NCBI GenBank assembly: GCA_963825135.1
Contig: CAWGRW010000009.1
Coordinates: 2,240,001-2,304,000 of the forward strand
DNA from: an uncultured bacterium
GTDB lineage: Bacteria; Desulfobacterota_D; UBA1144; Nemesobacterales; UBA2774
Reading direction: 5' to 3'
Length of the DNA stretch: 64,000 nt
Shown one piece after another: positions 38,957-50,277 of the stretch. The first letter of the stretch is position 1. Every line of letters begins with the position of its first letter. The position numbers and the translations under genes were made by a program. The notes under the pieces are model-generated. The model saw nothing but the letters and a program-made list of their open reading frames with translations. It was not told where the DNA came from and searched no databases.

Positions 38957-39508
38957 ATGAGATATATATCAGCTTTGGTTCTCTTGACGGTTTTTACGTT
39001 CTCGTCTATTGCGTTATCGTCCTTTGCGGACTCGCCCGGCGGGCAGGACGAGCATCATATGAGCCCGGTTACGGGTTCAAAGGAGCTCGAGAAGCTGAAG
39101 ACCCTGGCCGGCACGTGGCAGGGGACGACTGTAATGGACGGAAAAGAGATGCCTGTCACCGTTACATACAAGACGTCTTCAAACGGCAGTGTCGTTGTCG
39201 AAACCCTGTTCCCGGATACTCCTCACGAGATGGTTTCGGTATATTACGATGAGAACGGCAAGCTCGGCATGACGCATTACTGCGCCTCGACAATCAGCCG
39301 CATTTTACGCTGGAAAAGTCGTCGTGATGACTGAGATGGAGCTTGTCTTCGCAAACGGCACGAATCTGGACCCGAAAAGGATTATTATATGCACGACGTG
39401 AGCTTCGAGTTCAAGGACAATAACAACATGGTGCAGGAATGGACTTCTTATGAGAACGGTAAGGAAGACGAAGTCGCGACTTTCACGTTTACTCGGGCGA
39501 AGCAGTAG
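38957..39508 (+). CDS. Secreted hypothetical protein; frameshifts near 39290-39330
   Basis: Signal peptide; LKTLAGTWQG, EMVSVYY, THYCA then NQPHF and ...MHDVSFEF...EWTSYENGK...FTRAKQ* in other frames. Confidence 0.75.
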
Positions 39509-39936
39509 AGCGAATCCGCACTTCTGCTGAGCTGCTATTGTCACTTGCAAAACTGTCCGCGACTCGCGATCGCCGAGTCATATGCCTTTATCGAGGTCGG
39601 TTATCCCTCTCGATATTACCGACACTTTCGAAGGCTGGTCTATCGTTTTATAATCATGATCAGAGATATATGCAAAAGTTAAATATGCCCAAACCCGCCT
39701 ATTTAAAATAGTAGCCCTCAGCCGCTTAATACAGTATAATCGGATATCTAAATCTTGTCGGCCTTGAATCAGGGCAGGCATTCGAGATTGGCCTCACAGG
39801 CGCAGGTACTGTCCGAAACGAGGAACTGCCCCTGACGAGTGATGTTATAGGGTTTAAATAAAAAGGGTGGTCAGAAGGATTTGATTGAGGAAGCCGAAAG
39901 AGGTTATCAAAATTCAGAATAGCGAGGACGATAACA

Positions 39937-41095
39937 ATGCCCGGAAGATTAACGATACGTTTCGTATTATTTCTGTTACTGCCCGTCTTTTTCCTCTCCT
40001 GCAATAACGGAGGAGGTTCACTCGACCCTGAGCTGGAAGCACAGTTGAGAGAAATAGTATCCCGCTACAAGGAGGATTTCGGAATACCGGGGGTCCTCGC
40101 GGGCGTATGGATCCCGGGGAAAGGGCATCTGGTTATTGAAGACGGTCTCGCGGACATCGAGACGGGACGGCCTATCAGTAAAGCGGATCATGTGAGAATA
40201 GGAAGCGTCACGAAGTCCTTTACTGTAACGGTCATACTGCAGCTCGTCGGAGAGGGACTCCTCGATCTGAACGAACCCGTCGGGAATTACCTGCCTGACG
40301 TCGAGAATTCCGATGCTACTATCGCCGAGCTCGCGAACATGAAGAGCGGCATCTTCAACTATACCGAAGACGCGGATTTTGTGACGGAATTCGTGAGCAG
40401 CGATTTTTTGCGGGTATGGACGGATCAGGAGATCGTCGACGTTCGCCGACAGCAATGTTCCCTACTTCCCGCCGGGCGGAGGCTGGCACTATTCCAACAC
40501 CAACACGGTAATCCTCGGTATGATAGTAGAGCAGGTGACGGGGCACCCGCTCGGTGAGGAGATAAGGAAAAGAATAATAGAACCCCTCGGTCTCGACGGT
40601 ACGACATACCCTACGACACCCGATATGCCGGAGCCGTTTGCGCACGGTTACGGTTTCGACCCTTTAGAAGATATAAGCTTCACGGATCCTTCCTCGTCCT
40701 CGGGCTCGGGCGCCATTATATCGAGGCTCGATGATCTCAGGAAATGGGGGAAGGCCCTCGGCAAGGGAACGCTCCTGAGCGCGGAGCTGCAGGCCGAGCG
40801 GGTGAACAGCCTCATGCCGATAGTCTTCGATCCCTGTGACGACGACGATCCGGACAGGCCAAAAAGGAGCTGCCCGGAGTACGACAAATACGGAATGGGT
40901 CTGGGCGAAATCAGCGGATGGATAGGGCATACCGGAGAATACGTAGGCTATACAGCCCTCGTGATGTATGAGCCGAAAAGCGGCTCGGTCGTCGTCATTG
41001 TGACGAATATATTCGGCGTAGCGTCGCACGTGCCGACCAAGATTTTCAAGGAGTTCGCGGAGATACTGAATCAGCGGCTCTCAGAGCAGAACTGA
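39937..41095 (+). CDS. Serine hydrolase (beta-lactamase/D-Ala-D-Ala carboxypeptidase family) lipoprotein; frameshift near 40440
   Basis: Lipobox FLSC; RIGSVTK (SxxK), YSNTN in the second frame, GHTG. Confidence 0.88.
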
Positions 41096-41129
41096 ATCCC
41101 GCACCCTGATCAGCGGGGTCCTGAAGTCG

Positions 41130-42374
41130 TTAATCCGCGTGGAAATCGACCACGCTCTGATCGAGCGGCAGCTCGTTTTTGTGTATCCCCGGCTTATCCA
41201 CCGGCACCACTTCGAGCGGGATTCCTTCGATCTCCGCCTTGTCGAATGCCTCTGTCGAGGGGGCTTTTTCCCTGCTCTCGAATTCGTCTATCAAGTAGGG
41301 AAGGCCGTTTGAGCCAAGCGTGGACGGACCGTCCATTACATGGAAGTGGAGGTGCGGGGCGGAGGTGTTTCCAGTGTTCCCTACGATACCTAGGACCTGC
41401 CCTCGCTTCACCGTATCTCCCGCTTTAACCTTCACGCTCCCCGGTTTGAGGTGCGCATATAATGCGTACTTCCCGCCCCCGAGATCGAGCACCACATGGT
41501 TGCCGTCCGCTTCTTCGAGCGTCATGCCGGGAGGAAGCTCACCCGGAATCTGGTCTTTATACTTGTCCACTGCGGCCGCGACCTTCGCATCGGCTACGGC
41601 GAGGACTTTCTTGCCGTATGCGAAATAGCTCTCGACGTCCTTCGGGTCTCCGACAAATATCTTCCTGTCGCCGTTTATCATCTCCCAGTCTATGGCAAAG
41701 CGCTGTGCGATGCAAAGCCTGTCGTCGATCGGCATAATGGCGCGCACGTGTCTCGTCGAATCGCAGCACCCGTCAGCCGCAACCCAGCCTTTCCCTTCGA
41801 GCGCGGGCCCTATCAATATCGCGTCAGAAGGGCCGACAACCGTAACGTCGGTCATGTAGGTGTAAGATTCCGAGTCGGCGGGTATTCCCGCAAAATTTTT
41901 GAAGCCTTCCGGGATGCCGTTCGGGACGGAGAAAGTGATTTTGTGCGCTATTTCGGAGGGAATATCGTTCTCTCTCACGGGGAAATGGATGAATATTATT
42001 CCTCCCTCGCCGGGCTGAAGCGTAGTCGAGGGCGATCTGTCCTTTATCAGCTCCATACGATTCTTGAGCTCCTCACCCTTAACTGAGGCAACGGATTTTC
42101 CGTCCCCCGATACGTCGATCGAGTCGATTGTCCAGGCGAGACCTGTCGCGTTTAGGGCTTCGAGCTCATAGACAAAATGGTACATGCCGTCCGAGCCTTT
42201 GACAGGGTTCGGTGCGCTGATGACGGAGACAACGACAGGGGTGAATATACTGTCGGGTTTGGCGCCGAATTTATCCGTGACCCCCGCATATGCATTTAAG
42301 CTGCCGTAAACCGACGGTATAATTTGTGTGATTACTGATGCCGCGATAAACAAAATTAGTGACGATTTAAGCAT
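41130..42374 (-). CDS. Secreted M23 family metallopeptidase
   Basis: RFAIDW, GNHVVLD, YAHL, VGNTGNTSAPHLHFH. Confidence 0.9.
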   Translation of the reverse strand: MLKSSLILFIAASVITQIIPSVYGSLNAYAGVTDKFGAKPDSIFTPVVVSVISAPNPVKGSDGMYHFVYELEALNATGLAWTIDSIDVSGDGKSVASVKGEELKNRMELIKDRSPSTTLQPGEGGIIFIHFPVRENDIPSEIAHKITFSVPNGIPEGFKNFAGIPADSESYTYMTDVTVVGPSDAILIGPALEGKGWVAADGCCDSTRHVRAIMPIDDRLCIAQRFAIDWEMINGDRKIFVGDPKDVESYFAYGKKVLAVADAKVAAAVDKYKDQIPGELPPGMTLEEADGNHVVLDLGGGKYALYAHLKPGSVKVKAGDTVKRGQVLGIVGNTGNTSAPHLHFHVMDGPSTLGSNGLPYLIDEFESREKAPSTEAFDKAEIEGIPLEVVPVDKPGIHKNELPLDQSVVDFHAD

Positions 42375-42657
42375 TTATCTCATTGACCCCCGGGAATGTC
42401 GAATATGAATAGTGTAATTAATATATACCCATTGTATCATGATTCACAGACAGATCGTAATTTCTGTTTTCGTTAGCAATTGTCAGATATCGGAGTAAGC
42501 CGGCAAACTGCCACCGACAAGTAACACAGCTCTTTAGATTCATCTAAGACTCGCACATAAAATTGATTCCGCGTGAATTAATTTCTAATAATCGCAAAAT
42601 GAGCTTATAATTTGTGGATCTCGGAAACACAAATTCGATCAAAAGGAGGAATGAAAT

Positions 42658-43200
42658 ATGAACGGTACGTCCATAGCTGAGAGCATCAGACAAAACTGGG
42701 GATGGCTTCTTGCCCTTGGGATTGCCTATATAATCATGGGGCTCGTTATAACCGGATCCCCGATGGCTGCCACAATAGCTGTCGATATACTCCTCGGGTT
42801 TGTATTGATTATCGGAGGAGTAATCTCCATAATCGGAGCGTTTTTCTCGGGGAACTGGCAAAGGCTGCTGCTCATACTGTTAAGCGGTATCCTCTACCTT
42901 GTCGTAGGGGTGCTTCTGCTGAAAAACCCCCTGCAGGGTGTGCTGACGCTGACTATACTTCTGGCGGCGTTTCTACTCGTGGAAGGCTTCTTCAAGATCA
43001 TTCATGCGTTTCAGATGAAGCCCGCGCCTAACTGGATGTGGCTCCTTGTGAGCGGGGTCGCTTCAGTCATACTTGGAGTCATGATATGGGGGGAATTCCC
43101 CGGGAGCAGTATGTTTATCATAGGGCTTCTTGTAGGAATTTATTTCCTCATCAACGGTATAACTATGGTCATGTTCTCGTTCGCGCTGAAAGGCAAATAA
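42658..43200 (+). CDS. HdeD family membrane protein
   Basis: Six TM segments with DUF308 repeat pattern; GGAGG SD. Confidence 0.88.
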   Translation: MNGTSIAESIRQNWGWLLALGIAYIIMGLVITGSPMAATIAVDILLGFVLIIGGVISIIGAFFSGNWQRLLLILLSGILYLVVGVLLLKNPLQGVLTLTILLAAFLLVEGFFKIIHAFQMKPAPNWMWLLVSGVASVILGVMIWGEFPGSSMFIIGLLVGIYFLINGITMVMFSFALKGK

Positions 43201-43228
43201 GGAATGAAGGAAGCGTGTGCATAGAAAT

Positions 43229-44731
43229 TCAATGTGCGCTCACGGTCCTCTCGGCTGCCCACTCCCTTAACCGGGATATCTTTTCCGCCATAATCTCGGA
43301 CAGTGGCCGGGTGGCGGATATTTCACCCGCGAGCGTGCCGGTGTCGAGTTCTTTCTTTGCGGAGTAAGAGGTATAGAGCCCCGAAACGATGACCTGCTCG
43401 ATCTCGGCCCCGCTGAACCCTTCCGTCATCTGAACGAGCCGGGGAAGGTCGAACTGGGAAACGTCCTTACCCCGTTTTTTGAGGTGTATCTCGAATATAG
43501 ATTTCCTTGTTTCTTCGTCGGGGAGGTCGATGAAGAATATCTCGTCGAAGCGTCCTTTCCTCAGAAATTCCGGGGGGAGTTTTTCCACGTCATTTGCGGT
43601 TGCGACGATGAAGACATCCCCGCTCCTCTCCTGGAGCCACGAGAGGAAGGTCCCGAAGATCCTAGCCGATACTCCCCCGTCCTCGGTTTCGCCCCCTGCT
43701 GAGAAAGCCTTTTCGATCTCGTCGATCCACAACACGACCGGGGACATCTTCTCAGCCGTTTCCATGGCCCTCCTGAAATTCTTTTCGCTCTCACCGATGT
43801 ACTTGTTGTAGAGGCTTGAAGGGTCCATCTTGAGGAGCGGGAGCCCCCATTCCTTTGCAACGGCCTTTGCCGACAGGCTCTTCCCGCATCCCGGCACACC
43901 CAGAAGCAATACACCCTTTGGGAAAGAGAGCCCGAACCGCGCGGCTTTTTCGGGATCTGCGAAAGACTCTTTTCTCTTCGACAGCCAGGATTTAAGCGTC
44001 CTGAGGTCGGCGATGTCGGACATCCCTTCTTCGGCGGGGTAGTATTCAAGCACCCCGTCGCGCTCTACGATTTCTTTCTTTGCCTCTATGACCTTCCCGA
44101 TGTCTTCCGGGTCGAGCGTCCCGTCTTCGACGATGATCCTCGTGATTATTTTCTCGGCCTCGGTCAGAGTGAGCCCTTTCAGGTTATTGAGCAGCCTGTT
44201 GGTGTCTTCCACGGAGAGCCTCACGTCGGTTTTCACCCTGGAGCGGAGGTCGCTCACAACACGGCCGAGCAGACGTCTGTATTCGTCCCGTGCCGGGCCG
44301 GCCAGCTCGAAGAAGGCGCTCGATTGTTTGACGCTGTCCGGGATTTTAAGGTTCTGCCCGGTTATGACTATGGCGCCGTAGTTCTTGGTATATGGGGCCG
44401 CTGCGTCCTTAAGCATTTCAGAAACGGTCTTGTCCTCGAGCAGGTCTCCCGCGTCCTTCAGATGGTATATTGCCTGAAATCCCGCTGCTTCTATGTGTTT
44501 CAAAGCCAGTGATAGGTCCGTGGTTCCGTAGACAGGCCCCTTCGATTCTACGTCCCCGCGGCTGAGTCCCTTCGTCCTGGTCCAGAAGAAATAGGGGATT
44601 CTCAGACGGCCGGCCAGCAGCTTGAGCAGGGTTTCCGCCCGCTCCTCTTCGGCGGATTCCATGAATATGATGCTGTAATGAGAGCGTATGAGCAGCTCGA
44701 GATCTCTAAGGTTATCGTTCGATTTATTCAT
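43229..44731 (-). CDS. AAA ATPase (Ycf46-like)
   Basis: GVPGCGKS, WIDEIEK, LPPEFLRKGRFDEIFFIDLP, FSGAEIEQ, PLS...LREWA. Confidence 0.9.
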   Translation of the reverse strand: MNKSNDNLRDLELLIRSHYSIIFMESAEEERAETLLKLLAGRLRIPYFFWTRTKGLSRGDVESKGPVYGTTDLSLALKHIEAAGFQAIYHLKDAGDLLEDKTVSEMLKDAAAPYTKNYGAIVITGQNLKIPDSVKQSSAFFELAGPARDEYRRLLGRVVSDLRSRVKTDVRLSVEDTNRLLNNLKGLTLTEAEKIITRIIVEDGTLDPEDIGKVIEAKKEIVERDGVLEYYPAEEGMSDIADLRTLKSWLSKRKESFADPEKAARFGLSFPKGVLLLGVPGCGKSLSAKAVAKEWGLPLLKMDPSSLYNKYIGESEKNFRRAMETAEKMSPVVLWIDEIEKAFSAGGETEDGGVSARIFGTFLSWLQERSGDVFIVATANDVEKLPPEFLRKGRFDEIFFIDLPDEETRKSIFEIHLKKRGKDVSQFDLPRLVQMTEGFSGAEIEQVIVSGLYTSYSAKKELDTGTLAGEISATRPLSEIMAEKISRLREWAAERTVSAH

Positions 44732-44841
44732 GAGCGGTTCGGTCTGAATTGTATGTTCCGCAGGAGCGGATAATTTATTGAGGCCCCTGATTTCAGCTTA
44801 AAGATAGAGCCGGGAAGACTACATATCAAGTAAAATATTAG

Positions 44842-46119
44842 ATGGACTCGAGGGCTTCGGCCCGGTCCTGTGTCGAGGGAATATTGAATAAAAGAATAAG
44901 GCTGTTATTGCTCTTGATAATCTTACTATCGGTGCTGGCGTATTATTACCGCAGTAAGCTCGGGGCCGGGTACGGGTACGCGAGGGGCAGGCTAATGCCG
45001 GATAAACCCGCGGGCGGCCCCGGGAACGCGAGTCGTGTCGGCCCCTGGTCGGACCTCAAGGTGCTCCCGTTTCTTTCCGGTTTCAATCATCCCGTTTTTC
45101 TGGCAAACGCAGGCGACGGTTCCGGACGAATTTTCGTCGTGGAAAAGGCGGGACACATAAAGGTCGTTAGGGACGGCAAAGTCTCTCCCGAGCCATTCCT
45201 CGACATCATTCGCAAAGTGCGCTCCAAGGAAAACGAGCGCGGCTTATTTAGCGTGGCCTTCCACCCCCGGTACGGTGAGAACGGGAGGTTCTTCGTAGAC
45301 TACACCGATCTCAACGGCGACACGGTGGTATCGGAATTCAAAGCGAGTACGGATCCCGACCGGGGCGACGGAGATAGCGAGAGGGTTCTCATAAGGATCA
45401 AACAGCCCGCGCCAAACCACAACGGCGGACAGCTTCAGTTCGGCCCTGACGGCTATCTCTATATCGGCACGGGGGATGGAGGATTCGCCGGCGACCCGTC
45501 CGGAAACGGCCAGAATCCGGGCACCCTGCTCGGAAATATACTGAGGATAGATGTGGACGGGGCAGAGCCGTACTCCATACCGGCGGATAATCCGTTCAAA
45601 GGCGTATCCGGGGCGCGGCCCGAGATTTGGGCGTACGGTCTCAGAAACCCGTGGCGGTTTTCGTTTGACTCGGAGACCGGGGATATGTATATCGCCGATG
45701 TCGGAGAGGGGAAGTGGGAGGAGGTGGATTTTCAGCCCGCGGGCAGCGGGGGAGGGCAAAACTACGGGTGGAATCTCCTCGAGGGCTCCTACCAATTTAA
45801 ACTTCCGGACGGTTATGATACGGGAGGGCTCACCTTCCCCGTCGTCGAATACAGCCACGACGAAGGGTGCTCGGTTACGGGCGGTTACGTGTACAGGGGC
45901 AAGACGTCCCCCGGAATTAACGGTACGTACTTTTTCTCGGACTATTGCAGAGGGCAACTCTGGGGCCTCAGGAAAAGGTCAGCGGATTCGTGGGAATGGG
46001 CGGAGTTTCTTGAAACGGGCCTTTCCGTGAGCAGCTTCGGGGAGGACGAGGCCGGAGAGCTTTACATCATAGATTTCGGCAAGGGGGATATTTACAGGCT
46101 TACGGAAGCAGCGAGGTAA
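44842..46119 (+). CDS. PQQ-dependent sugar (glucose/sorbosone) dehydrogenase family
   Basis: ERGLFSVAFHP, NHNGGQLQFGPDGYLYI, YGLRNPWRFSFD, SFGED; N-terminal anchor. Confidence 0.92.
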   Translation: MDSRASARSCVEGILNKRIRLLLLLIILLSVLAYYYRSKLGAGYGYARGRLMPDKPAGGPGNASRVGPWSDLKVLPFLSGFNHPVFLANAGDGSGRIFVVEKAGHIKVVRDGKVSPEPFLDIIRKVRSKENERGLFSVAFHPRYGENGRFFVDYTDLNGDTVVSEFKASTDPDRGDGDSERVLIRIKQPAPNHNGGQLQFGPDGYLYIGTGDGGFAGDPSGNGQNPGTLLGNILRIDVDGAEPYSIPADNPFKGVSGARPEIWAYGLRNPWRFSFDSETGDMYIADVGEGKWEEVDFQPAGSGGGQNYGWNLLEGSYQFKLPDGYDTGGLTFPVVEYSHDEGCSVTGGYVYRGKTSPGINGTYFFSDYCRGQLWGLRKRSADSWEWAEFLETGLSVSSFGEDEAGELYIIDFGKGDIYRLTEAAR

Positions 46120-46130
46120 TTTTTATTTCC

Positions 46131-47771
46131 TCATCGGAGTTTCCTGACCATGTCCCTGAGCATGTATTTCTGAATTTTTCCGGTCGAGGTCTTCGGCAGT
46201 TCCGTGAACACTACAGTCTTCGGGCACTTGAAATGAGCGAGGCGGCCCCTGCAGAATTCTATTATTTCCTCTTCGGTTGTGTTCTCCGCTTCCCGCTTGA
46301 GCGTGACGAACGCGCACGGGGTCTCCCCCCACTCGGCGTCCGGGCGGGCCACGACAGCCGCCTCGAGGACTGCCGGGTGCTGATAGAGGACGGACTCAAT
46401 TTCCAGAGTCGCAATGTTCTCGCCGCCTGAAATAATTATATCCTTCGAACGGTCCTTGATCTCGATATATCCGTCGGGGTGCATCACTCCAAGATCCCCC
46501 GTATGGAACCATCCGCCGGAGAAAGCCTCCCCGGTCGCGGTGGGGTTCTTGAGATATCCCTTCATTACGATGTTCCCCCTGAAAAGCGCTTCCCCGATTG
46601 TCGCCGCGTCTGCCGGGACGGGCTCGCATGTTTCGGGGTCGCCGATCGTTAGCCCCTCTTCCACGATATATCTGACGCCCTGACGCGCTTTCATGAGAGA
46701 CCGCTCGGCTGAGGGAAGCGCGTCCCACTCGCTATGCCATTCGCATATCGCCGCGGGCCCGTATGTTTCTGTGAGGCCGTAGACGTGCGTCACGTCGAAG
46801 CCCATTTTCTCTATCCGCTCCAGAACGGCCGCCGGCGGCGCGGCCGCCGCGGTCATGAAATTGACCTTGTGACCGAATGCGCGCCGGTCCTCTGCTTTTG
46901 AATTTATTATCATGTTCATCACGACCGGGGCTCCGCACAGGTGGGTAACCCTGTGTTCCGCGATTGATTCGAAAATCTTATTCGCGTCGAAGTGTCTCAG
47001 GCATACGGACGTCCCCGCCATCGCCGCCACGGACCACGTGAAACACCAGCCGTTGCAGTGGAACATGGGGAGCGTCCAGAGATATACCGGGCATCCGGTC
47101 ATGCCCCAGGCTATGATATTCCCGAGGGCGTTCAGGTAAGCCCCTCTGTGGTGATAGACCACGCCCTTGGGGTTGCCCGTCGTGCCCGAGGTATAGTTGA
47201 GGGAGATCGCGTCCCATTCGTCTTCGGGCCCCCGCCATTCAAAGCGTCCGTCCCCGGTATTTAAGAATTCTTCGTAAGTTATTTCACCGATTGGCTCTCC
47301 TGACTGTCCCTCGGGATCGTCTATATCTATGACCAGAGGCTTGCGGTCGAGCTTATTCAGCGCCTTCCGAATCACCTCCGAATACTCCCTGTCCGCGATC
47401 AGGACCTTCGCTTCCCCGTGCTCCAGGATGAATGCGATGCTGTCTGAGTCCTGCCTGATATTGAGCGAGTTGAGCACCGCGCCCGTCCCGGGTACGCCGA
47501 AGTGCGCCTCGTAGTGTGCCGGGATATTAGGCGCCATTACGGCAACCGTGTCTCCCTTTTCTATGCCTGTCTTTGTTAACGCGGAGGCCAGCAGGCGAGA
47601 GCGTTCGTAAGTCTCCCCCCATGTGTGGCGTGTATTACCATGGATCAGGGACGTGCGCCGGGGAAAGACCGCGGCTGCCCGCTCTATAAACGTCAGAGGT
47701 GATAGCTGCGTATAGTTGGCGTCGTTCTTCTCGAGTCCGAGCTCATACTTGCTTGTTTTAGGGCTGGTCAT
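46131..47771 (-). CDS. Acyl-CoA synthetase (AMP-forming)
   Basis: YTSGTTGNPKGV, LPMFHCNGW, YGLTE, FHTGD, DRSKDIIISGGEN, PKTSTGK. Confidence 0.93.
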   Translation of the reverse strand: MTSPKTSKYELGLEKNDANYTQLSPLTFIERAAAVFPRRTSLIHGNTRHTWGETYERSRLLASALTKTGIEKGDTVAVMAPNIPAHYEAHFGVPGTGAVLNSLNIRQDSDSIAFILEHGEAKVLIADREYSEVIRKALNKLDRKPLVIDIDDPEGQSGEPIGEITYEEFLNTGDGRFEWRGPEDEWDAISLNYTSGTTGNPKGVVYHHRGAYLNALGNIIAWGMTGCPVYLWTLPMFHCNGWCFTWSVAAMAGTSVCLRHFDANKIFESIAEHRVTHLCGAPVVMNMIINSKAEDRRAFGHKVNFMTAAAAPPAAVLERIEKMGFDVTHVYGLTETYGPAAICEWHSEWDALPSAERSLMKARQGVRYIVEEGLTIGDPETCEPVPADAATIGEALFRGNIVMKGYLKNPTATGEAFSGGWFHTGDLGVMHPDGYIEIKDRSKDIIISGGENIATLEIESVLYQHPAVLEAAVVARPDAEWGETPCAFVTLKREAENTTEEEIIEFCRGRLAHFKCPKTVVFTELPKTSTGKIQKYMLRDMVRKLR

Positions 47772-47869
47772 CCTTTTCGGCTCCCGTCCGGTTGAATGTC
47801 TGTATATCTTAAGTAATTCCCGGTATTTTTGCTATTGATTTCTCAACCGGCACCCACTACCCTTTTTCC

Positions 47870-49207
47870 ATGGCGAATAAGTACCGTAACGAGGGTAACG
47901 AGCCTTCCCTCTTCAAGCCGCCCAGGGAGGCCGCGCCTCTTGCGGAGAGGATGCGCCCGAAAAGCTTCGAAGAGTTCGCGGGTCAGGCCCACCTCGTCGG
48001 GCCCGACGGGGTTATTCGCAAGATGCTCCGGGGCAAGAACATACGCTCCATGATTTTCTGGGGACCGCCGGGCAGCGGCAAGACCACGCTCGCGAGGCTC
48101 CTCGCAACCAAGCTCAGCGCGGATTTCGTCCAGATAAACGCTATCTCTTCGGGCGTGAAGGATCTCAGGGAGATAATAGACGGCGCCGAGAAGTCCCTCG
48201 ATATCGGCAGGAGGACTGTACTATTTATCGACGAGATACACAGGTTCAACAAGTCCCAGCAAGCGGCGCTGCTTAAGAGCGTTGAGAACGGCACGCTTGT
48301 CCTTATAGGCGCTACTACGGAAAACCCGTCGTTCGAAGTTATTTCGCCGCTCCTTTCGCGCTCGAGCGTCTACGTCCTCGAATCGTTATCGAAAGAGGAC
48401 CTCGAGGCCCTCCTCGACAGGGCGCTCAATGAAGACGAAATAATCAAGGGGGCGGCGCTCACTCCCGAAGCGAGGGAAGAGCTCATCCTCCAGAGCGGCG
48501 GCGACGCCCGGATAATGCTTAACGCGCTCGAGATAGCGGTCGATATAACGGGCGGCGACGGTCCGGTCGAGATTACGCGCGATCTGGTCCGGGAGGCATA
48601 CCAGACTCACCACTACAGGTACGACAGGGGAGGGGAGGAGCACTACAATACGATATCGGCGTTTATCAAGAGCGTGAGGGGGAGCGACCCGGACGCCGCG
48701 GTCTATTATCTCGCGAGGATGCTCGAAGCGGGCGAGGACCCCAAGTTCATTGCCCGGAGGCTCATCGTGCTCGCGTCAGAGGACGTGGGGAACGCCGAGC
48801 CCTACGCGCTCACGCTGGCTACGGCCGCCTTCACGGCCGTGGATTACGTCGGCATGCCCGAGGCGAGCCTGATACTCGCTCAAGCGGCCACATACCTCTC
48901 GGGCTGTCCCAAGAGCAACGCGTCCTATACGGCCATAAACGCCGCACTCTCCGAGGTGAGGAGGAGACCGGGCGTCGCGATCCCTATGCACCTCCGTAAT
49001 GCCCCGACGAAGCTCATGAAGGAAATCGGCTACGGCAAGGACTATAAATACTCACACGATTCCGAGGACCATTTCATCGAGCAGGATTTTCTGCCTGTCG
49101 AGCTCAGGGATAAGATTTTCTACGACCCTACCGATATAGGGCGGGAGGCCAATATTAAAAAGTACCTCGAACAGAAGTGGAAGAAGAGAAAGAAGAAGGA
49201 TAAGTGA
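47870..49207 (+). CDS. rarA: Replication-associated recombination protein A
   Basis: PLAERMRP, GPPGSGKT, DEIHRFNKSQQ, ISAFIKSVRGSDPDA, PMHLRNAPT. Confidence 0.96.
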   Translation: MANKYRNEGNEPSLFKPPREAAPLAERMRPKSFEEFAGQAHLVGPDGVIRKMLRGKNIRSMIFWGPPGSGKTTLARLLATKLSADFVQINAISSGVKDLREIIDGAEKSLDIGRRTVLFIDEIHRFNKSQQAALLKSVENGTLVLIGATTENPSFEVISPLLSRSSVYVLESLSKEDLEALLDRALNEDEIIKGAALTPEAREELILQSGGDARIMLNALEIAVDITGGDGPVEITRDLVREAYQTHHYRYDRGGEEHYNTISAFIKSVRGSDPDAAVYYLARMLEAGEDPKFIARRLIVLASEDVGNAEPYALTLATAAFTAVDYVGMPEASLILAQAATYLSGCPKSNASYTAINAALSEVRRRPGVAIPMHLRNAPTKLMKEIGYGKDYKYSHDSEDHFIEQDFLPVELRDKIFYDPTDIGREANIKKYLEQKWKKRKKKDK

Positions 49208-49436
49208 TTGCTTAGCCCCTCCTTGAAATAAGCTCCATCCAGCTCAGTCCCGGAAGACTCGAAAACATCGGCTCGATAACGCCCTACGATCAACCCGGCG
49301 CTATTCAATTGTTCTTAAAATAAATCACCGGTGAAAAACGGGGTTATACTTTTATGATAACGGCCTTAAAGCCTGGATAGGCACCGCGGACGCTCTTCAT
49401 GACGGCGGCGGGGGCGCTCATAGAGAGGAGAATCTC

Positions 49437-50255
49437 ATGATCGGTATGAAGCATTATTTCTTGTGTATGTTAACCGCGGGACTTATATACCTGCTCCCGT
49501 CTCAAGCCCTTTCTTTCAGCGAGATAGAATTCTACGTGACCAATAATACCGGCGCTGAGAAGTGCTTTCAGTGCAGCGGCCCGTTCTCGAGAGTAACGCC
49601 GAGAGTAAACATCGGAGCGAACGGAGGATCGACCTACTTTTATACTGCCGCTGTCACCTCATTCAGTCCCTACGGGTTGTGGCATTGTTTCGTATACATC
49701 ACGGACAGCTGCCTCGACGAGGGCCCCATACCTGACGAGGACACGTTCAGTACCGGTCTGGTAATCCCGGCAGGAGTGGCTGTAGTAAACCTCTCTATCT
49801 CTGAGGTTCAAGGCATGCCTGTGATAAATGCAAGCTTCCCGGGTCTCGGGGCTCCTAACGGTAACGAAGTTTCAGTCGTTTCCACGCTTGGTGATGACCC
49901 TCTCACGGGGAAAGAGGACAGGGATACATTCAGAATCAAGGCTCGGGAAGGGGATCGTGTAACGATCAGGCTCGACGACGACCCCTCGGCCGGTCACATC
50001 GGGTCGCATGCGAGACTCAGGTTGATAAGCGGCCGCAGGATCGGGCATTTTGAAGAAGTCGAAAGCGGTGAGCTCCCGCTTGAAATTACGACTACAATCC
50101 CGGAGACGGGGGTGTATGAGATCATAGTCGGGAAGATCGCGCAGAGCGACGTGCCGGACAATTTGCTTAGTTACAGAGGCGGCTACATCTTGAGTGTCAG
50201 CTCCCCGGAGGATAAGATTGAATCTTTGATACCCGGTGAGAATGTGGAGAACTAG
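49437..50255 (+). CDS. Secreted hypothetical protein with C-terminal PPC-like beta domain
   Basis: Signal peptide; Cys-containing N-domain; DRDTFRI...GDRVTIRL...PETGVYEIIV...GGYILSV. Confidence 0.7.
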   Translation: MIGMKHYFLCMLTAGLIYLLPSQALSFSEIEFYVTNNTGAEKCFQCSGPFSRVTPRVNIGANGGSTYFYTAAVTSFSPYGLWHCFVYITDSCLDEGPIPDEDTFSTGLVIPAGVAVVNLSISEVQGMPVINASFPGLGAPNGNEVSVVSTLGDDPLTGKEDRDTFRIKAREGDRVTIRLDDDPSAGHIGSHARLRLISGRRIGHFEEVESGELPLEITTTIPETGVYEIIVGKIAQSDVPDNLLSYRGGYILSVSSPEDKIESLIPGENVEN

Positions 50256-50277
50256 ATGATTGTATTCGTGAATATAG

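Noticed and set aside
39810..39910. Hammerhead ribozyme (CTGACGAG and CGAAA cores present)
   Set aside because: Could not build stem II or the stem III/NUH junction in any permutation.
49210..49310. Minus-strand fragment LNSAGLIVGRY resembling an extracellular repeat remnant
   Set aside because: Too short to distinguish from chance.
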